From positions 4,965-68,964 of IMG/VR virus record IMGVR_UViG_3300017987_000015: a stretch of DNA of 64,000 nucleotides. One strand, given 5' to 3'. The notes under the pieces were generated by a model. The model was not told the origin of the DNA. It did no database searches and was given only the letters and a program-made list of their open reading frames with translations. This document shows, piece after piece, positions 9,022 to 18,801 of this stretch (position 1 is the first letter of the stretch; each line of letters starts with the position of its first letter). Made by a program: the position numbers and the translations under genes. This DNA is from a virus.

Positions 9022-9505
9022 CTGTCTCCTCCTCGATATAGCCCTCTAATTCTGCTGCTGCTGCTTTGACTTCCTCAGACCCTCCAGGCAAAATGGTGGG
9101 GAGGTACCACCGTTCCCTCCTCTCCTCCCATTCTTGCACTGCTTGGAGTATGGCCCATACCCTCAAGCTCCCCAATATGGGAGAAGGCCCCACTCCACCT
9201 CCACTGCAGGTTCCCTTCCTCAACCCACCAAGATGGTCGGGCCCACTTGGGTGGGAAGCATCCGATGGCCAAACGTGGATAGTGCAGGAGCATCCATCTG
9301 TGGGGTCTATCCATGTCCCCACAACCTGGAAGGCCCAGCCAATTTCGGCGGATGCACGGCGCACTTGGGCTCTTCTGGCCCTAAATTGGCGGCCCCTAAT
9401 AATGATGCTGGCCCCCGCGTTTGATAGAGGAACCACCGAATCGCCGGGCTGCAGGATTCCCGAGATCTCAATGGGCAGGGGGCCTTTAGTTTGAGAATGA
9501 CCCAT
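8972..9505 (-). CDS. Hypothetical protein
   Basis: Co-oriented ORF overlapping the polymerase start. Confidence 0.5.
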   Translation of the reverse strand: MGHSQTKGPLPIEISGILQPGDSVVPLSNAGASIIIRGRQFRARRAQVRRASAEIGWAFQVVGTWIDPTDGCSCTIHVWPSDASHPSGPDHLGGLRKGTCSGGGVGPSPILGSLRVWAILQAVQEWEERRERWYLPTILPGGSEEVKAAAAELEGYIEEETGAREHRSQGDNPRADN

Positions 9506-9863
9506 CGGCCGCCTCCCATTGGTGTGCTTCCAGATCCGACTGTAGCCGGCCCTGCTCAGCCGAGGCGGCGACCTCGACCATCAACCGTTTCAACCCCGTC
9601 CAATCTCGATGGTTGACCAAGCTGTCGGGGGCTTTGTCCAGAATCTCCCTGGCCCTGATAAATGCCTGCCTGGCCAAGCCATTGAATGATAGAACCCGCA
9701 ACGCATCGTCATCTCTGGCCAGGGCCATGGCCCTCTCTATCTCTCCCTGCAGTCTCTCCGGGCCCGCGACGCGCTCGTGGCCCTCCTCATGCTGCTTCAT
9801 CCAGGCCTCTGATTCCGACAATTCCCCGCACACCCCGCATCGGTATGCCACAATCTGTTTCAT
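9486..9863 (-). CDS. C2H2-like Zn-finger protein
   Basis: MKQIVAYRCGVCG...MKQHEEGH; start overlaps the upstream stop (ATGA). Confidence 0.55.
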   Translation of the reverse strand: MKQIVAYRCGVCGELSESEAWMKQHEEGHERVAGPERLQGEIERAMALARDDDALRVLSFNGLARQAFIRAREILDKAPDSLVNHRDWTGLKRLMVEVAASAEQGRLQSDLEAHQWEAADGSFSN

Positions 9864-10291
9864 CGCTCGGCTCCCTTCCTGCCTCCCATCCCCTTCGGCC
9901 AATCCGGGATGTACTCCACCCTGATGCCCCGGCCGATGGTTCCCCAACGCTTGGCAGTCTCAAAGTCCACCTCCGCCACAATGCCGCCACCTACCATCCA
10001 TTCCCAACCGGATCTGGGGTCCTGCTCACTCTGATGGTCGCTCCTGCTGGCACAATCTATCACCAAGAATCTTTCCCAGGTCTGGGCCCCCTCCGGTCTT
10101 AGAAGCCAAATTCCACCGATGTCGGGGCATTCCCTCACAGCGATGAACCCGTCAACCTCGGGGAGGTTGGCTGGGAGAGTGGCCGCAGTCCTGCCCCCTT
10201 GTCGAACAGCGATAACCCGCTCCGCTACCCCTGGGCCGTATTGGGACGCCCAGCCCGTCAGAATCAGGAAGGCCAGGGCCGCCTCTTTCAC
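9860..10291 (-). CDS. Possibly secreted RlpA/DPBB-like protein
   Basis: Short hydrophobic N-terminus, then GWASQY, DGFIAV, LVIDC and AEVD pattern of double-psi beta-barrels. Confidence 0.45.
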   Translation of the reverse strand: MKEAALAFLILTGWASQYGPGVAERVIAVRQGGRTAATLPANLPEVDGFIAVRECPDIGGIWLLRPEGAQTWERFLVIDCASRSDHQSEQDPRSGWEWMVGGGIVAEVDFETAKRWGTIGRGIRVEYIPDWPKGMGGRKGAER

Positions 10292-10557
10292 CGCTCCAGC
10301 TCCCACAGCAACTCGCTTCCCTTCTCCCATTCTTCAGGCATGTTCGCACTATCTGGGAACTGCCATAGGAATAAACGCACTTGATCCCCCAATCGGCGGA
10401 GCTCTGCCCGTTGCAACCCCCGTGCCCGACCCGCAGTTGGGGTATAAAACGTGGCCTGAATGCCCAGAGCCTCATGGCCCTCGATCGGTTCAATATCCAG
10501 AATAGCCGGCCATCCACTGCCCACCCGGACGTGATCGAAGTCTACATAGCTAGCCAT
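10288..10557 (-). CDS. Hypothetical protein
   Basis: Co-oriented with overlapping start and stop. Confidence 0.5.
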   Translation of the reverse strand: MASYVDFDHVRVGSGWPAILDIEPIEGHEALGIQATFYTPTAGRARGLQRAELRRLGDQVRLFLWQFPDSANMPEEWEKGSELLWELER

Positions 10558-10923
10558 CTTGCGTGTCCTCCTCTATCGTCGCCTCAACAATCTCCGAGAC
10601 TTCCATTATGGCCTCTGCCAGAGCATTGGCATACTCCAGCTCCGCCACGATCTCTTGAACCATTTGCGCCGTCTCCTCCGGAGTGGGGCCCGGAGGATCA
10701 CCGACGGCACAGCATAAAAGCAGCATGGCCGGGTTTGACAAAGGTATTAGCAGAGGTTGGGTGTGGGCGGAAACCCAACTTTTGCAGCCGGGCAAGGACA
10801 AATTCCCTGCTCGTTTGATGCCCCTTTCCCACAACTCTAGTAGTGCGGATGGGGATCTTGCCCAATACGCTAATAGTCTTTTGCTTCCCGGTGGGCAGGC
10901 CCTTCGGCCTCCGTGCCAATTGT

Positions 10924-11166
10924 CTATGCATCGTTTTGCTCCTGTAAGAATGTCAACGTGCTCCCTAGGGCTGCAATCAGGTGAGATTTGCAAACGATAA
11001 TCCCCCCAGACTGCATGGCCAATTGCTCTGCAGTGCGGGCAGCAGCAATCAGCTCCTCCGGCGACAGACCGCCTTCCAGTTTGCTCAGAATCCAGCGGGC
11101 GTCTCTGGTTACGGGAAGGTCTAAGTTATCTATGCCCCCAACAGGCTCTTGATTCTGCTCAGCCAT
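10924..11166 (-). CDS. Hypothetical protein
   Basis: Co-oriented ORF. Confidence 0.45.
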   Translation of the reverse strand: MAEQNQEPVGGIDNLDLPVTRDARWILSKLEGGLSPEELIAAARTAEQLAMQSGGIIVCKSHLIAALGSTLTFLQEQNDA

Positions 11167-11729
11167 TTTGGCCCCCTTGTCTCTTCCTTCGGCAGTAGAG
11201 CGCTTTCGGCCGCCAATTTCCGGATGACTTCTAGCATCAACCTCCCGGTGGATGCCTGCGGAGCGTCTATCTCCAGCTCTTCGCTTAGGGCCAGGCGTTC
11301 AGCGGATGCCTCCTCCGGAACCGGATCGAGGTCTCGATGCTCCCGCCCCATCCGCCTTAGTCCCTCCTCAATGTGGCCCTTAGATACCGCCCCCGACCCA
11401 TCCTCAGCGGATGCCGACGTTGCCCACTCTACAATGGCCATTAGACTATTCCCGGAAAAGTGGCTTCGGATGGTGTCCAGGAGCATCTGGGCAGACCCAG
11501 ACAGTTCCCGCTCCTGGAGCCTTCTGGTGGCCCCCCCTGAGGGAGATACGCGCACTCGTTCTCCCTTGCGGCGGTTTCCATTCTCTTGGGCCATCTGCTC
11601 CATCTCTTTCGACCTGGTAATGGTCCAACGGGCCCCATCATCCGCCACCCATTCCAAAGACACGGCCTCCTGTTTGGCTCTCCGTGCTCCTGTCACCATC
11701 TGTATCACCTCCCGTATGTCTCGAAACAT
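11130..11729 (-). CDS. Hypothetical protein
   Basis: Co-oriented ORF with plausible composition; exact start uncertain. Confidence 0.5.
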   Translation of the reverse strand: MFRDIREVIQMVTGARRAKQEAVSLEWVADDGARWTITRSKEMEQMAQENGNRRKGERVRVSPSGGATRRLQERELSGSAQMLLDTIRSHFSGNSLMAIVEWATSASAEDGSGAVSKGHIEEGLRRMGREHRDLDPVPEEASAERLALSEELEIDAPQASTGRLMLEVIRKLAAESALLPKEETRGPKWLSRIKSLLGA

Positions 11730-11902
11730 CTGTCTATGCAGTCACACCAATCCCATGGCGCGTCATACGCATCGCACGACCCCTTGCACGACTCCAGGTC
11801 ATGCACCCCCGGCGCTCCGGGCCCTCCCCTTGGCACGCCACAGGCAGTCAATAGTGCCAGCAGCGCCAACAGTGTGACCAGGGCCTTAGTCAAAGTTTTC
11901 AT
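11705..11902 (-). CDS. Small Cys-rich lipoprotein
   Basis: MKTLTKALVTLLALLALLTA|C lipobox. Confidence 0.6.
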   Translation of the reverse strand: MKTLTKALVTLLALLALLTACGVPRGGPGAPGVHDLESCKGSCDAYDAPWDWCDCIDRCFETYGR

Positions 11903-12206
11903 TCCAATTTTCCCCCCTCCATCCGTTCAGAGGAACCGAGAGCTTGGCCCCAAGCACCAACAAACAGCACTGCGCCTGGTATCTGTTGCCGTATCCATCG
12001 ACCACCCAATCGAACTGTCCAGGGATGCCCCGATTGATCTCCAAGCTGCACACGATCACATCCTTGATTGGGCCAGCGGCCCCTCTATACTGGCAAACCC
12101 GCTGGTCGTACCCGTCATCATCCAGATATCCGTACACAGCAACGGCATCATATAACCAGATAGCATTCCCGATCAGATCCACGGCGTACTCTCGAAAGAT
12201 GCCCAT
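11886..12206 (-). CDS. Hypothetical protein
   Basis: Co-oriented ORF with AGGTGA RBS. Confidence 0.5.
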   Translation of the reverse strand: MGIFREYAVDLIGNAIWLYDAVAVYGYLDDDGYDQRVCQYRGAAGPIKDVIVCSLEINRGIPGQFDWVVDGYGNRYQAQCCLLVLGAKLSVPLNGWRGENWNENFD

Positions 12207-12209
12207 GTC

Positions 12210-12437
12210 TCACCTTGTGGGAGTCAGATCTCGACGGTAGACATATCCCAGCTTCTCCGCCTGTTGCCTGCACTCTTGGGCAGTTACGCTGTTGCCCTCA
12301 GAGTCTGTCCCGATATGACACACACGAATCCGGTAGGGCTTGACGTTTCCGTCCTCTGCACGGATATCTGCCCCCGGCCCCAAGGTGTAGACGGGCATGG
12401 GGTGATACTGGAATCCACAGAAATAGCACTCATCCAT
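12210..12437 (-). CDS. Small Cys-containing hypothetical protein
   Basis: MDECYFCG start with G-rich RBS. Confidence 0.5.
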   Translation of the reverse strand: MDECYFCGFQYHPMPVYTLGPGADIRAEDGNVKPYRIRVCHIGTDSEGNSVTAQECRQQAEKLGYVYRRDLTPTR

Positions 12438-12450
12438 CGATAATTCCCCC

Positions 12451-12732
12451 CTAACGGTGGCCGTACATCGAATTGGCCACCCTGGCATAATGCTTCAACG
12501 TGCCGGCAATAACCCTGACATCGCTAAAAGCCAGGGTGCCGCGTGGGATGAGAACCACGCCCTTTGCAAAGTCTATGGTGACAGTGCGTATCTCCGGGAG
12601 CCCGGCTGGGGTCGCCGCCCAATCTTGGAGACTGACGCTTGCCTCCCCCAGAATCGGCACTTGTATCTGGCCCCCGTTATCCTCCAGTCTGCGGTGTTGG
12701 GCCTCCAGCTCGAGATCAGTGGGATCCGTCAT
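12451..12732 (-). CDS. Hypothetical protein
   Basis: GAGGAGG RBS. Confidence 0.5.
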   Translation of the reverse strand: MTDPTDLELEAQHRRLEDNGGQIQVPILGEASVSLQDWAATPAGLPEIRTVTIDFAKGVVLIPRGTLAFSDVRVIAGTLKHYARVANSMYGHR

Positions 12733-12870
12733 GATCCTCCTCAGTCAACCAATCCACTATTTGGTCTGCTAATTCCTCCGCCGTCCCGATACCGGCACTG
12801 ACGAAGAAGCCGGCCGCGATCAGGAGGAGTATAATAACAACGAGCCCCAGCCCGAAAGCATCCCCTCCCA

Positions 12871-13065
12871 TCATCGCCCTCCTACGGTTGGCAAATCCGG
12901 GCGACCCCCTGTATTTGCCGATGCCGAAGCGGCTGCAGCTTCCCATTTGCTCCTGGAATCCGGGCGGGACGGGTCGTCAAAATATCCATTGCCCCTCAAC
13001 CTGTCCAGCGTTGCTCTATGCTGGCCGAATTCTGCCAATGCTCTTTTGGCATCCTGAATGTTCAT
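12871..13065 (-). CDS. Hypothetical protein
   Basis: ATGA-coupled to the upstream gene. Confidence 0.45.
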   Translation of the reverse strand: MNIQDAKRALAEFGQHRATLDRLRGNGYFDDPSRPDSRSKWEAAAASASANTGGRPDLPTVGGR

Positions 13066-13559
13066 CTATCTGCTCTCCTCTGTAGATCCTGACACTTCGG
13101 ATAGTCTGCCCCAACCAATGCCATGCCGGCCAGAATCTGCGCGAAATACACGCGGGGGTTGCTGGCCCACCAGGGCGGAAGGTGGCTCCGTTCGATCACA
13201 AGGGGGTGCCTATTCAGGAACGACAATAGCTCTGCGTCTGTCATGCGACGTACCAGCAGACCATTCGTTCTCAGTGGGCCGATTCGCCTAGAGATGGCCG
13301 GCCGCGATGGCCATGCCCCGGCCCGAATCCAACGGAAAGATCGCTCGATCTTGTGCTTGGCCACCACCAGTGAAGCGGCCACGAAGCTGTAGCGCAGGCG
13401 TCCCTTGCGATACACGCGCACTCGATAGCCAATGGGATGGGTTCGCAAATCGAAGCTGAGCTCCCCGCTCCCCCGTGGGGTGACGGTGGCCCGCGCTCCT
13501 TCTGTGGTAACTTCCCAACAGCGGCGCTGTAATGCCAATCTGGTCCACTTGATATCCAC
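13062..13559 (-). CDS. Hypothetical protein, paralogue of the N-terminal domain of 36298..37029
   Basis: GTG start after GGAGG; MDIKWTR...GRLRY...IRAGAWPSRP. Confidence 0.65.
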   Translation of the reverse strand: MDIKWTRLALQRRCWEVTTEGARATVTPRGSGELSFDLRTHPIGYRVRVYRKGRLRYSFVAASLVVAKHKIERSFRWIRAGAWPSRPAISRRIGPLRTNGLLVRRMTDAELLSFLNRHPLVIERSHLPPWWASNPRVYFAQILAGMALVGADYPKCQDLQRRADR

Positions 13560-13561
13560 AG

Positions 13562-13927
13562 TCAATCCTCCTTCATCTCCACCGTATAATGCGGGTCGAA
13601 ATGCGGGGGACACCCATCTGGAGCTTCCGTCACAGACAGCCGGCTCCTCAAGGTGAGGGCCAACACACTGGTGAATTTCCAAGCGAGATACGTCTGCACG
13701 GGCTCCTTGACAAGCTGCGCCCGACGCATTACCACCTGGCCCCGACAGTCCCCCACCTGAGGGTGCCCCCAAGTGAATCGTACCAGGCGGGTGTACGCAC
13801 TAGCGGGGCCTTGCCCATCGTTCAAGAGCACGCTCACCTCCAGGCGTATTTCCGGTGGGGGCAAATGCCAGGTGAACCGGGCCGCCATGCCCCGCTCGAT
13901 CTCTTTAGCTATCTCGTCATCTTTCAT
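13562..13927 (-). CDS. Hypothetical protein
   Basis: Co-oriented ORF. Confidence 0.55.
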   Translation of the reverse strand: MKDDEIAKEIERGMAARFTWHLPPPEIRLEVSVLLNDGQGPASAYTRLVRFTWGHPQVGDCRGQVVMRRAQLVKEPVQTYLAWKFTSVLALTLRSRLSVTEAPDGCPPHFDPHYTVEMKED

Positions 13928-13954
13928 GCTCGTCCCCTACGTGCTGCTCCTCGT

Positions 13955-14206
13955 TTAGATTGTGATAGTCACGGTTGCACCGTTTGCAAGCCTATATTCT
14001 TTTAGCCAATTCAGCATGTGCTTGAGAGTGGAATCGTAGCCGAATCGGCCGAAATTGTGTGCGCTTCGCCCTTTGAGTTTCAAGCAAGGCGTTATTAATC
14101 CCCATCCCGAACAACGACGAAGGCTAAGCGTGTATGTTATGTCATTGTGCTCAACCTTACCAATCACTCTGGTCTGCTGACCGTTAAGTGCCTGTTCGAG
14201 TGTCAT
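13955..14206 (-). CDS. Hypothetical protein, AT-richer than its neighbours
   Basis: AAGGAG RBS; visibly different base composition. Confidence 0.55.
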   Translation of the reverse strand: MTLEQALNGQQTRVIGKVEHNDITYTLSLRRCSGWGLITPCLKLKGRSAHNFGRFGYDSTLKHMLNWLKEYRLANGATVTITI

Positions 14207-14236
14207 TTTCTCCTTAGATGGCTGGGCTCTGCCTTG

Positions 14237-14431
14237 CTAACCCAACGGAACCGTAGCCCGCCGTCTCCACCAGTGCCTGACTGGCCGGCCGGGTACCTCC
14301 ACTGTCTCGCCCATCCCGGCATCGTGGGTCCCGCTACCGCTCCCATGGGCAATCTGGTGGGCATCGCGGGCAGCCTGCTCCTCGTCAGCAGACGCCTGCA
14401 TCTCGTCCAGCATCTCGTCCCAATCCATCAT
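14237..14431 (-). CDS. Small hypothetical protein
   Basis: MMDWDEML start with AGGAGGT RBS. Confidence 0.45.
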   Translation of the reverse strand: MMDWDEMLDEMQASADEEQAARDAHQIAHGSGSGTHDAGMGETVEVPGRPVRHWWRRRATVPLG

Positions 14432-14601
14432 TCCACCTCCTGTGCCCGATCCCGGTGTATTCGGTCCTCCTTGTCCGCCACCCAGGGATTCGAACCCTGA
14501 GCTCCCGGCAACCTGCCTAGCGGATGGGGGGGACCCAATTGGGGAAGCGGGGAAAGGGACAAGCGCCCCCTTCCCTGCTCCCCTTGTGGGATCACCTCCT
14601 T

Positions 14602-15174
14602 CTACTCTTTGATTGTAAATGGCCCGTCTTCCCTGGCCAAGTCCACCCCAAAACGCCCCTCGAAGTGCCTCCGAATGGTTGGCCACCGATCGTCCTCCAG
14701 GATGGCCTTGCAGACCGCTTCGCGCTGCTCGTCGTTCCAGGGCATGTCCCCGACCACCAGGTCGAAGAGGAAGGCCTCCACTTGCCCCCGGCAGGGCTCG
14801 GGCAGCCCGCTCTCGATCACGATCTCCAGTTCGCCCAGGACGAGATCGTGCCAGTTGCGGTGGGGGTCCAATGGATGCAAGCTGGCGGACAACGCGTCGA
14901 TCTTGTCGCTGACGCTGAGCTGGCCGAAGGCGCAATCCGGGCAAACCTCGATGCAATTGATCGCATCATCGACATCGCACTCGCCGTAGGACAGGAAGTC
15001 CACCCGGAGCGTGTCGGTCACCGCCTGGAGCGTGATCTCGAACTCCTCCCCGCACATTCTGCAGCGACCGGTGGGGGGGTCGTTCTTGATCTCCTGGACC
15101 CGTCCATTGAGAGCCGTCGCCACCGCCATGTTGATCCGTCCTTCCAAATTCCGGCTTCTAACGTTCCTATTCAC
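14602..15174 (-). CDS. Zn-ribbon-containing hypothetical protein
   Basis: CRMC...CPDC; first gene after promoter copy 2, GAGGAGG RBS. Confidence 0.6.
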   Translation of the reverse strand: MNRNVRSRNLEGRINMAVATALNGRVQEIKNDPPTGRCRMCGEEFEITLQAVTDTLRVDFLSYGECDVDDAINCIEVCPDCAFGQLSVSDKIDALSASLHPLDPHRNWHDLVLGELEIVIESGLPEPCRGQVEAFLFDLVVGDMPWNDEQREAVCKAILEDDRWPTIRRHFEGRFGVDLAREDGPFTIKE

Positions 15175-15230
15175 TGTGTGCCTCCTCTTAAGGTTCGATC
15201 GTTCTCGATTCCGCCCGTTCCTTCACCCCC

Positions 15231-15297
15231 ATTAAACCACATGGGAAGGCCCCGCGCAAATGTCGGATGTCATATGCTTGGGGTGACATTTGTCATA
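15231..15297 (-). promoter_or_regulatory. Early promoter-operator element, copy 2
   Basis: Minus strand TTGCGC-17bp-TTTAAT with TGTG extension and the shared upstream block. Confidence 0.75.
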
Positions 15298-15338
15298 TGC
15301 TTCCCGTCCGCCCCCGCGCGCCCCCGCGCGCCAGGGGG

Positions 15339-15947
15339 TCATCTAGGAAGGGGCGGGGGTTCCGGTGGGGGCGGACTCTTGGGGCCCTGGGGGAAGGATC
15401 GATCCCCCTCCCGGTTGGGCCTCGGTTGGGCCCCGGGTTTTGGCCTCTTGCCCAGAGCTGCAAGGATAGACTGCGCCCGTAGAAATTCCAGGGCGGCCAT
15501 GCCCATCTCCCGCGCTTGCCATTGCGTAAAGGGGACGTTGATCACGGTGGTTGGTTCCCCGGCGGGTTTGACGGCCCCTTGCCCGATGACCTTCCCAGGC
15601 CCGGATTCCAGGCGGACCCATACCTTCCCATCCTTTCCCGATCGAACCTTGAGCACCCTGCTGACCGGTTTCCCTTCTGGGCCTCGGGGACTGCCCTTGA
15701 ATTCACAGTAGTCGATGGCGGCCTGGCCTGCAGACAGGTCGGAAAACAGAACCCTGGCGCTGTCCAGATCGATGAAGTGGGCGGCTGTCGCTTGGGCCCC
15801 CTCTCCCCGCTGGTATTTCCCAGCGAACACCCGGACTTTGTCGATGTCGAGGGCATCCTCCAGGTGCAGAAATGCGCTCCTCGTCATAAACTGATAGAAT
15901 TGCTCCCTCTGTGGGGCATTGCCGTTACCGTTTGTTCCGTTAGCCAT
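15339..15947 (-). CDS. Hypothetical protein, possibly ssDNA-binding
   Basis: Strong RBS, beta-rich core, Pro-rich tail; the function is a guess. Confidence 0.55.
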   Translation of the reverse strand: MANGTNGNGNAPQREQFYQFMTRSAFLHLEDALDIDKVRVFAGKYQRGEGAQATAAHFIDLDSARVLFSDLSAGQAAIDYCEFKGSPRGPEGKPVSRVLKVRSGKDGKVWVRLESGPGKVIGQGAVKPAGEPTTVINVPFTQWQAREMGMAALEFLRAQSILAALGKRPKPGAQPRPNREGDRSFPQGPKSPPPPEPPPLPR

Positions 15948-15955
15948 CCTTCCTC

Positions 15956-16156
15956 CTATGCCTCCCCAATCTTAGGGAGTCTATAGATGATCAACCAATC
16001 TGTGACAGCCATCCCGCTCATTCTCGGATCAGCAAACCCCTTCAAGGGGGCTATGGTAGAAATCTCGAATCCGGAATCCAGCAAGATCTCCACTGTCTCC
16101 AGCAGCTTGGAGCGATCGGCCATGTACAGCATCTTTATACTCTGCTTGCGCGGCAT
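15956..16156 (-). CDS. Hypothetical protein
   Basis: MPRKQSIK start with GGAGG RBS. Confidence 0.5.
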   Translation of the reverse strand: MPRKQSIKMLYMADRSKLLETVEILLDSGFEISTIAPLKGFADPRMSGMAVTDWLIIYRLPKIGEA

Positions 16157-16160
16157 CGTC

Positions 16161-16583
16161 TTATCCTCCCCCTTCCGTCTGTGTGGCTTTGAGTTTGCCG
16201 TCTGGCATCCGGCCCAGCCAATAACCCCCTCTGTCCCAGCACCGGCATTCGGGCTCTGGTGGAAGGCAATCGGGGCTCTCCTCCCTCCACCCGCATTCCG
16301 GGCAAGCAACCGGATCTCCAGTGAAGTCATTGCTATCCCACACCTGCTGTCCACAGCGGGGGCAAATTCCCCGCTCCAAGCAATCGGGGCAGGGATCACA
16401 AAACACCAGCGAGCCCGATGACAGGCTGATGCCGGCCGGCGATGGGTCCTCTGTCCAGCACGTATTTCCCGCGCCACAGCAGGTTCTACAATAATTGGAC
16501 CAAAGAGAGATATAGGCCCCCCTCCGGGCCAGATGCTCTTCGTGTGTCTGTTTACACCCTTCGGTATGCTCGAAATTCTCCAT
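16161..16583 (-). CDS. Multi-CxxC Zn-binding protein
   Basis: CRTC, CPDC, CPRC, CPEC. Confidence 0.55.
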   Translation of the reverse strand: MENFEHTEGCKQTHEEHLARRGAYISLWSNYCRTCCGAGNTCWTEDPSPAGISLSSGSLVFCDPCPDCLERGICPRCGQQVWDSNDFTGDPVACPECGWREESPDCLPPEPECRCWDRGGYWLGRMPDGKLKATQTEGGG

Positions 16584-16585
16584 CC

Positions 16586-16987
16586 TTATCCTTTCCCGAC
16601 GGGGGTCCAATCCGGGTCTCGCTCGTTCATGAACTCGCGCATGGTGGTGATCATAACCCGGCCGTCCCCGGCAACAGCTAGCATAAAGTCTATGGGAAAC
16701 CCAAACCCTGCATCAGTGGCGCTGAGCATTACCCTCGGCGGTTCTTTAGGTGGGGCCAATGGGTCCTCGATCTCGGAAAGCATGCCGGCCAAGTCCTCTC
16801 TTTCCACAACCAGCAGCCCACCCCCCTTCACCCCAGCAGCCATCACGTCCGCAGGGGGAGCCACCAATAGGTTCCCTTCCGATACCAGGTTGTAAGCTAC
16901 CGAGATGTCCTTCTGCACCAACCACCGCAGGAGGAGGTGCACTAGTCTGGCCCTGACAAGCAGGCAGGCCCGCCTAATCCTCTTCAT
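16586..16987 (-). CDS. Hypothetical protein
   Basis: GAGGAGG RBS. Confidence 0.5.
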   Translation of the reverse strand: MKRIRRACLLVRARLVHLLLRWLVQKDISVAYNLVSEGNLLVAPPADVMAAGVKGGGLLVVEREDLAGMLSEIEDPLAPPKEPPRVMLSATDAGFGFPIDFMLAVAGDGRVMITTMREFMNERDPDWTPVGKG

Positions 16988-17522
16988 TGGGTTCCTCCTC
17001 GAACACGGCCGCCAGCACCCGGTCCCCCAGATCAGTGAGCTCCTCCATGATTGCGTCGAGTCGGCCCCACAGTCTCTCTGTATAATCGGCGTAGATCCAG
17101 ATGCCCGTGTAGTTCTCCAGGACAGCCGGGGTTAGAATAAGCTTGGTCTTTCGATCGATGGATGTCGAGGGCACGTGGGGCCCATTTGACAGAGCAATCC
17201 AGGGCTCCTCTCCTAGGATATCTCTGGTCACCCAGCCCACTCCCTTGATATAGGAGAATTGCTTCCTACTATACATCAACGATGCGGAGCCGGCATAGCC
17301 TGCCACAGCAACCCGGATAGCGATCAGGCTTTGCCAATCCTTCTCTGACAGGGCAAGGGCCTCTTGGGCAGCACGGTTGGCCCTATTTATCACCGTGCAC
17401 CCCTCGGCGTCCCTGATGGTCTTGCCGCAGTATTCGAGTTCGAACTCCAGAGTCTCGTAGTCCAGCTTCAATTCTGCAGGGGTACCATCCACGAGCCCGA
17501 TCTCTTTGACTTTTCTGGCCAT
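16974..17522 (-). CDS. Hypothetical protein
   Basis: GAGGAG RBS, co-oriented. Confidence 0.55.
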   Translation of the reverse strand: MARKVKEIGLVDGTPAELKLDYETLEFELEYCGKTIRDAEGCTVINRANRAAQEALALSEKDWQSLIAIRVAVAGYAGSASLMYSRKQFSYIKGVGWVTRDILGEEPWIALSNGPHVPSTSIDRKTKLILTPAVLENYTGIWIYADYTERLWGRLDAIMEELTDLGDRVLAAVFEEEPNEED

Positions 17523-17525
17523 TGG

Positions 17526-18368
17526 CTATCTCCTCTCCCATTGAATGGCGAATATCTCCTCGGTCTCGAAGAACACTGCCCCCAGTTTGGTGAATCGGGC
17601 AGCATCCAGGTGTCTTCTCCCTGCACGGGCCCGATTGCCCTCGATATTTTTGACGACATGCGCCTTGAGCACTGGCGTCCGTCTATCGCCCCCTCTGGTA
17701 GACATCATATGGACTGCCCGATTGAACACGGCAGAAGCCAATGGGCAATGCCCATATGGGTCTCCAGTTTTTCTGGCCTGTTCCCGCGTGATCCACACGT
17801 CCCCACAGACGATAACCAGGTATCCGCCCTCCTCCAGGTGATAGACCACATTCCAGACGGCATCCTCCCACCTGCAAAGGAAGTTCTTGATGCCGTCCCC
17901 ATTCTCTAGAGCGGATGGGTCCTCCGAGAATTGGATCGTGTTATAGTAAGGCGGGTGCAACACGATCAGATCAAATTGGAAGGGATCGGCATCTTGGGGC
18001 ATTGGGCATTCAAGGGAAGGGGTCAGATGGCTCTTTCCATCGATGCTCAATTTGCGGGCCCAGGGCAGGGCCGTGGTGGCGTCCGCCTCGTAGATCTCCG
18101 GTAGCCGGGGGGAAATGTCGGACAGTAGGCAGTGCCGGCCCAATTCGACGGCTTTCTGACCGGTGGTTCCTGAGCCGGCCATAGGATCCCAGACCCAATC
18201 CCCTGGTTTGGACCATCTGCGGAGGATGCCCTCGGCCACCTCCGGGATGAATGCCCCGTGAAAATCCAGGGCCCCGGCGCTTTCCCCTCGTTCTAGCAAC
18301 CACAGGGATGACAACCACCCCCCCTCCAGCAAGTCCATCCATCCGCTTGATTCAGTCTGTATCATCAT
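17526..18368 (-). CDS. Second DNA amino-methyltransferase
   Basis: FHGAFIPEV, WDPMAGSGTT (motif I) followed by LHPPY (motif IV); start reassigned to ATG 18368 after GGAGG. Confidence 0.85.
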   Translation of the reverse strand: MMIQTESSGWMDLLEGGWLSSLWLLERGESAGALDFHGAFIPEVAEGILRRWSKPGDWVWDPMAGSGTTGQKAVELGRHCLLSDISPRLPEIYEADATTALPWARKLSIDGKSHLTPSLECPMPQDADPFQFDLIVLHPPYYNTIQFSEDPSALENGDGIKNFLCRWEDAVWNVVYHLEEGGYLVIVCGDVWITREQARKTGDPYGHCPLASAVFNRAVHMMSTRGGDRRTPVLKAHVVKNIEGNRARAGRRHLDAARFTKLGAVFFETEEIFAIQWERR

Positions 18369-18801
18369 CCCCTCCATATGGATATTTGTCTTCGTCCGCC
18401 CAGTCTGACTGCAACACCGGTTCCCCTCTTCGCCACCGGCAATAACTACACTGACACTCGGCCTCCAGCCATGCCTCAACCTCTCCCCCATCCACTGGAG
18501 AGAACCAATGGGGGATGTCCCCAGCGCCATTGCAGGTCGGGCAGGGAGAATAGAGACAGTGGCATCCGGGCCATTCCCGATCCAGCCCTCGATATAGCTG
18601 GGGCAGGGGGGCATCCGCAGGAAGTTTGCAGCGCTCTCGATCCCAAACTTCCATCCCATAGGTGCTGCCGCAATGCTTGCAGGTATGCCGGCCCAGAGTC
18701 AGACACGAGTCCAATGCGGCCAGTCTCCCCTCCAGGCTGTCGAGCTCTTCTCTCAGCATTCCTTCCCTACGGTAGACATGGCCACAATCCAGATTAGGCA
18801 T
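18352..18801 (-). CDS. Cys-rich Zn-binding hypothetical protein
   Basis: Multiple CxxC motifs including CPTCNG. Confidence 0.5.
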   Translation of the reverse strand: MPNLDCGHVYRREGMLREELDSLEGRLAALDSCLTLGRHTCKHCGSTYGMEVWDRERCKLPADAPLPQLYRGLDREWPGCHCLYSPCPTCNGAGDIPHWFSPVDGGEVEAWLEAECQCSYCRWRRGEPVLQSDWADEDKYPYGGDDDTD

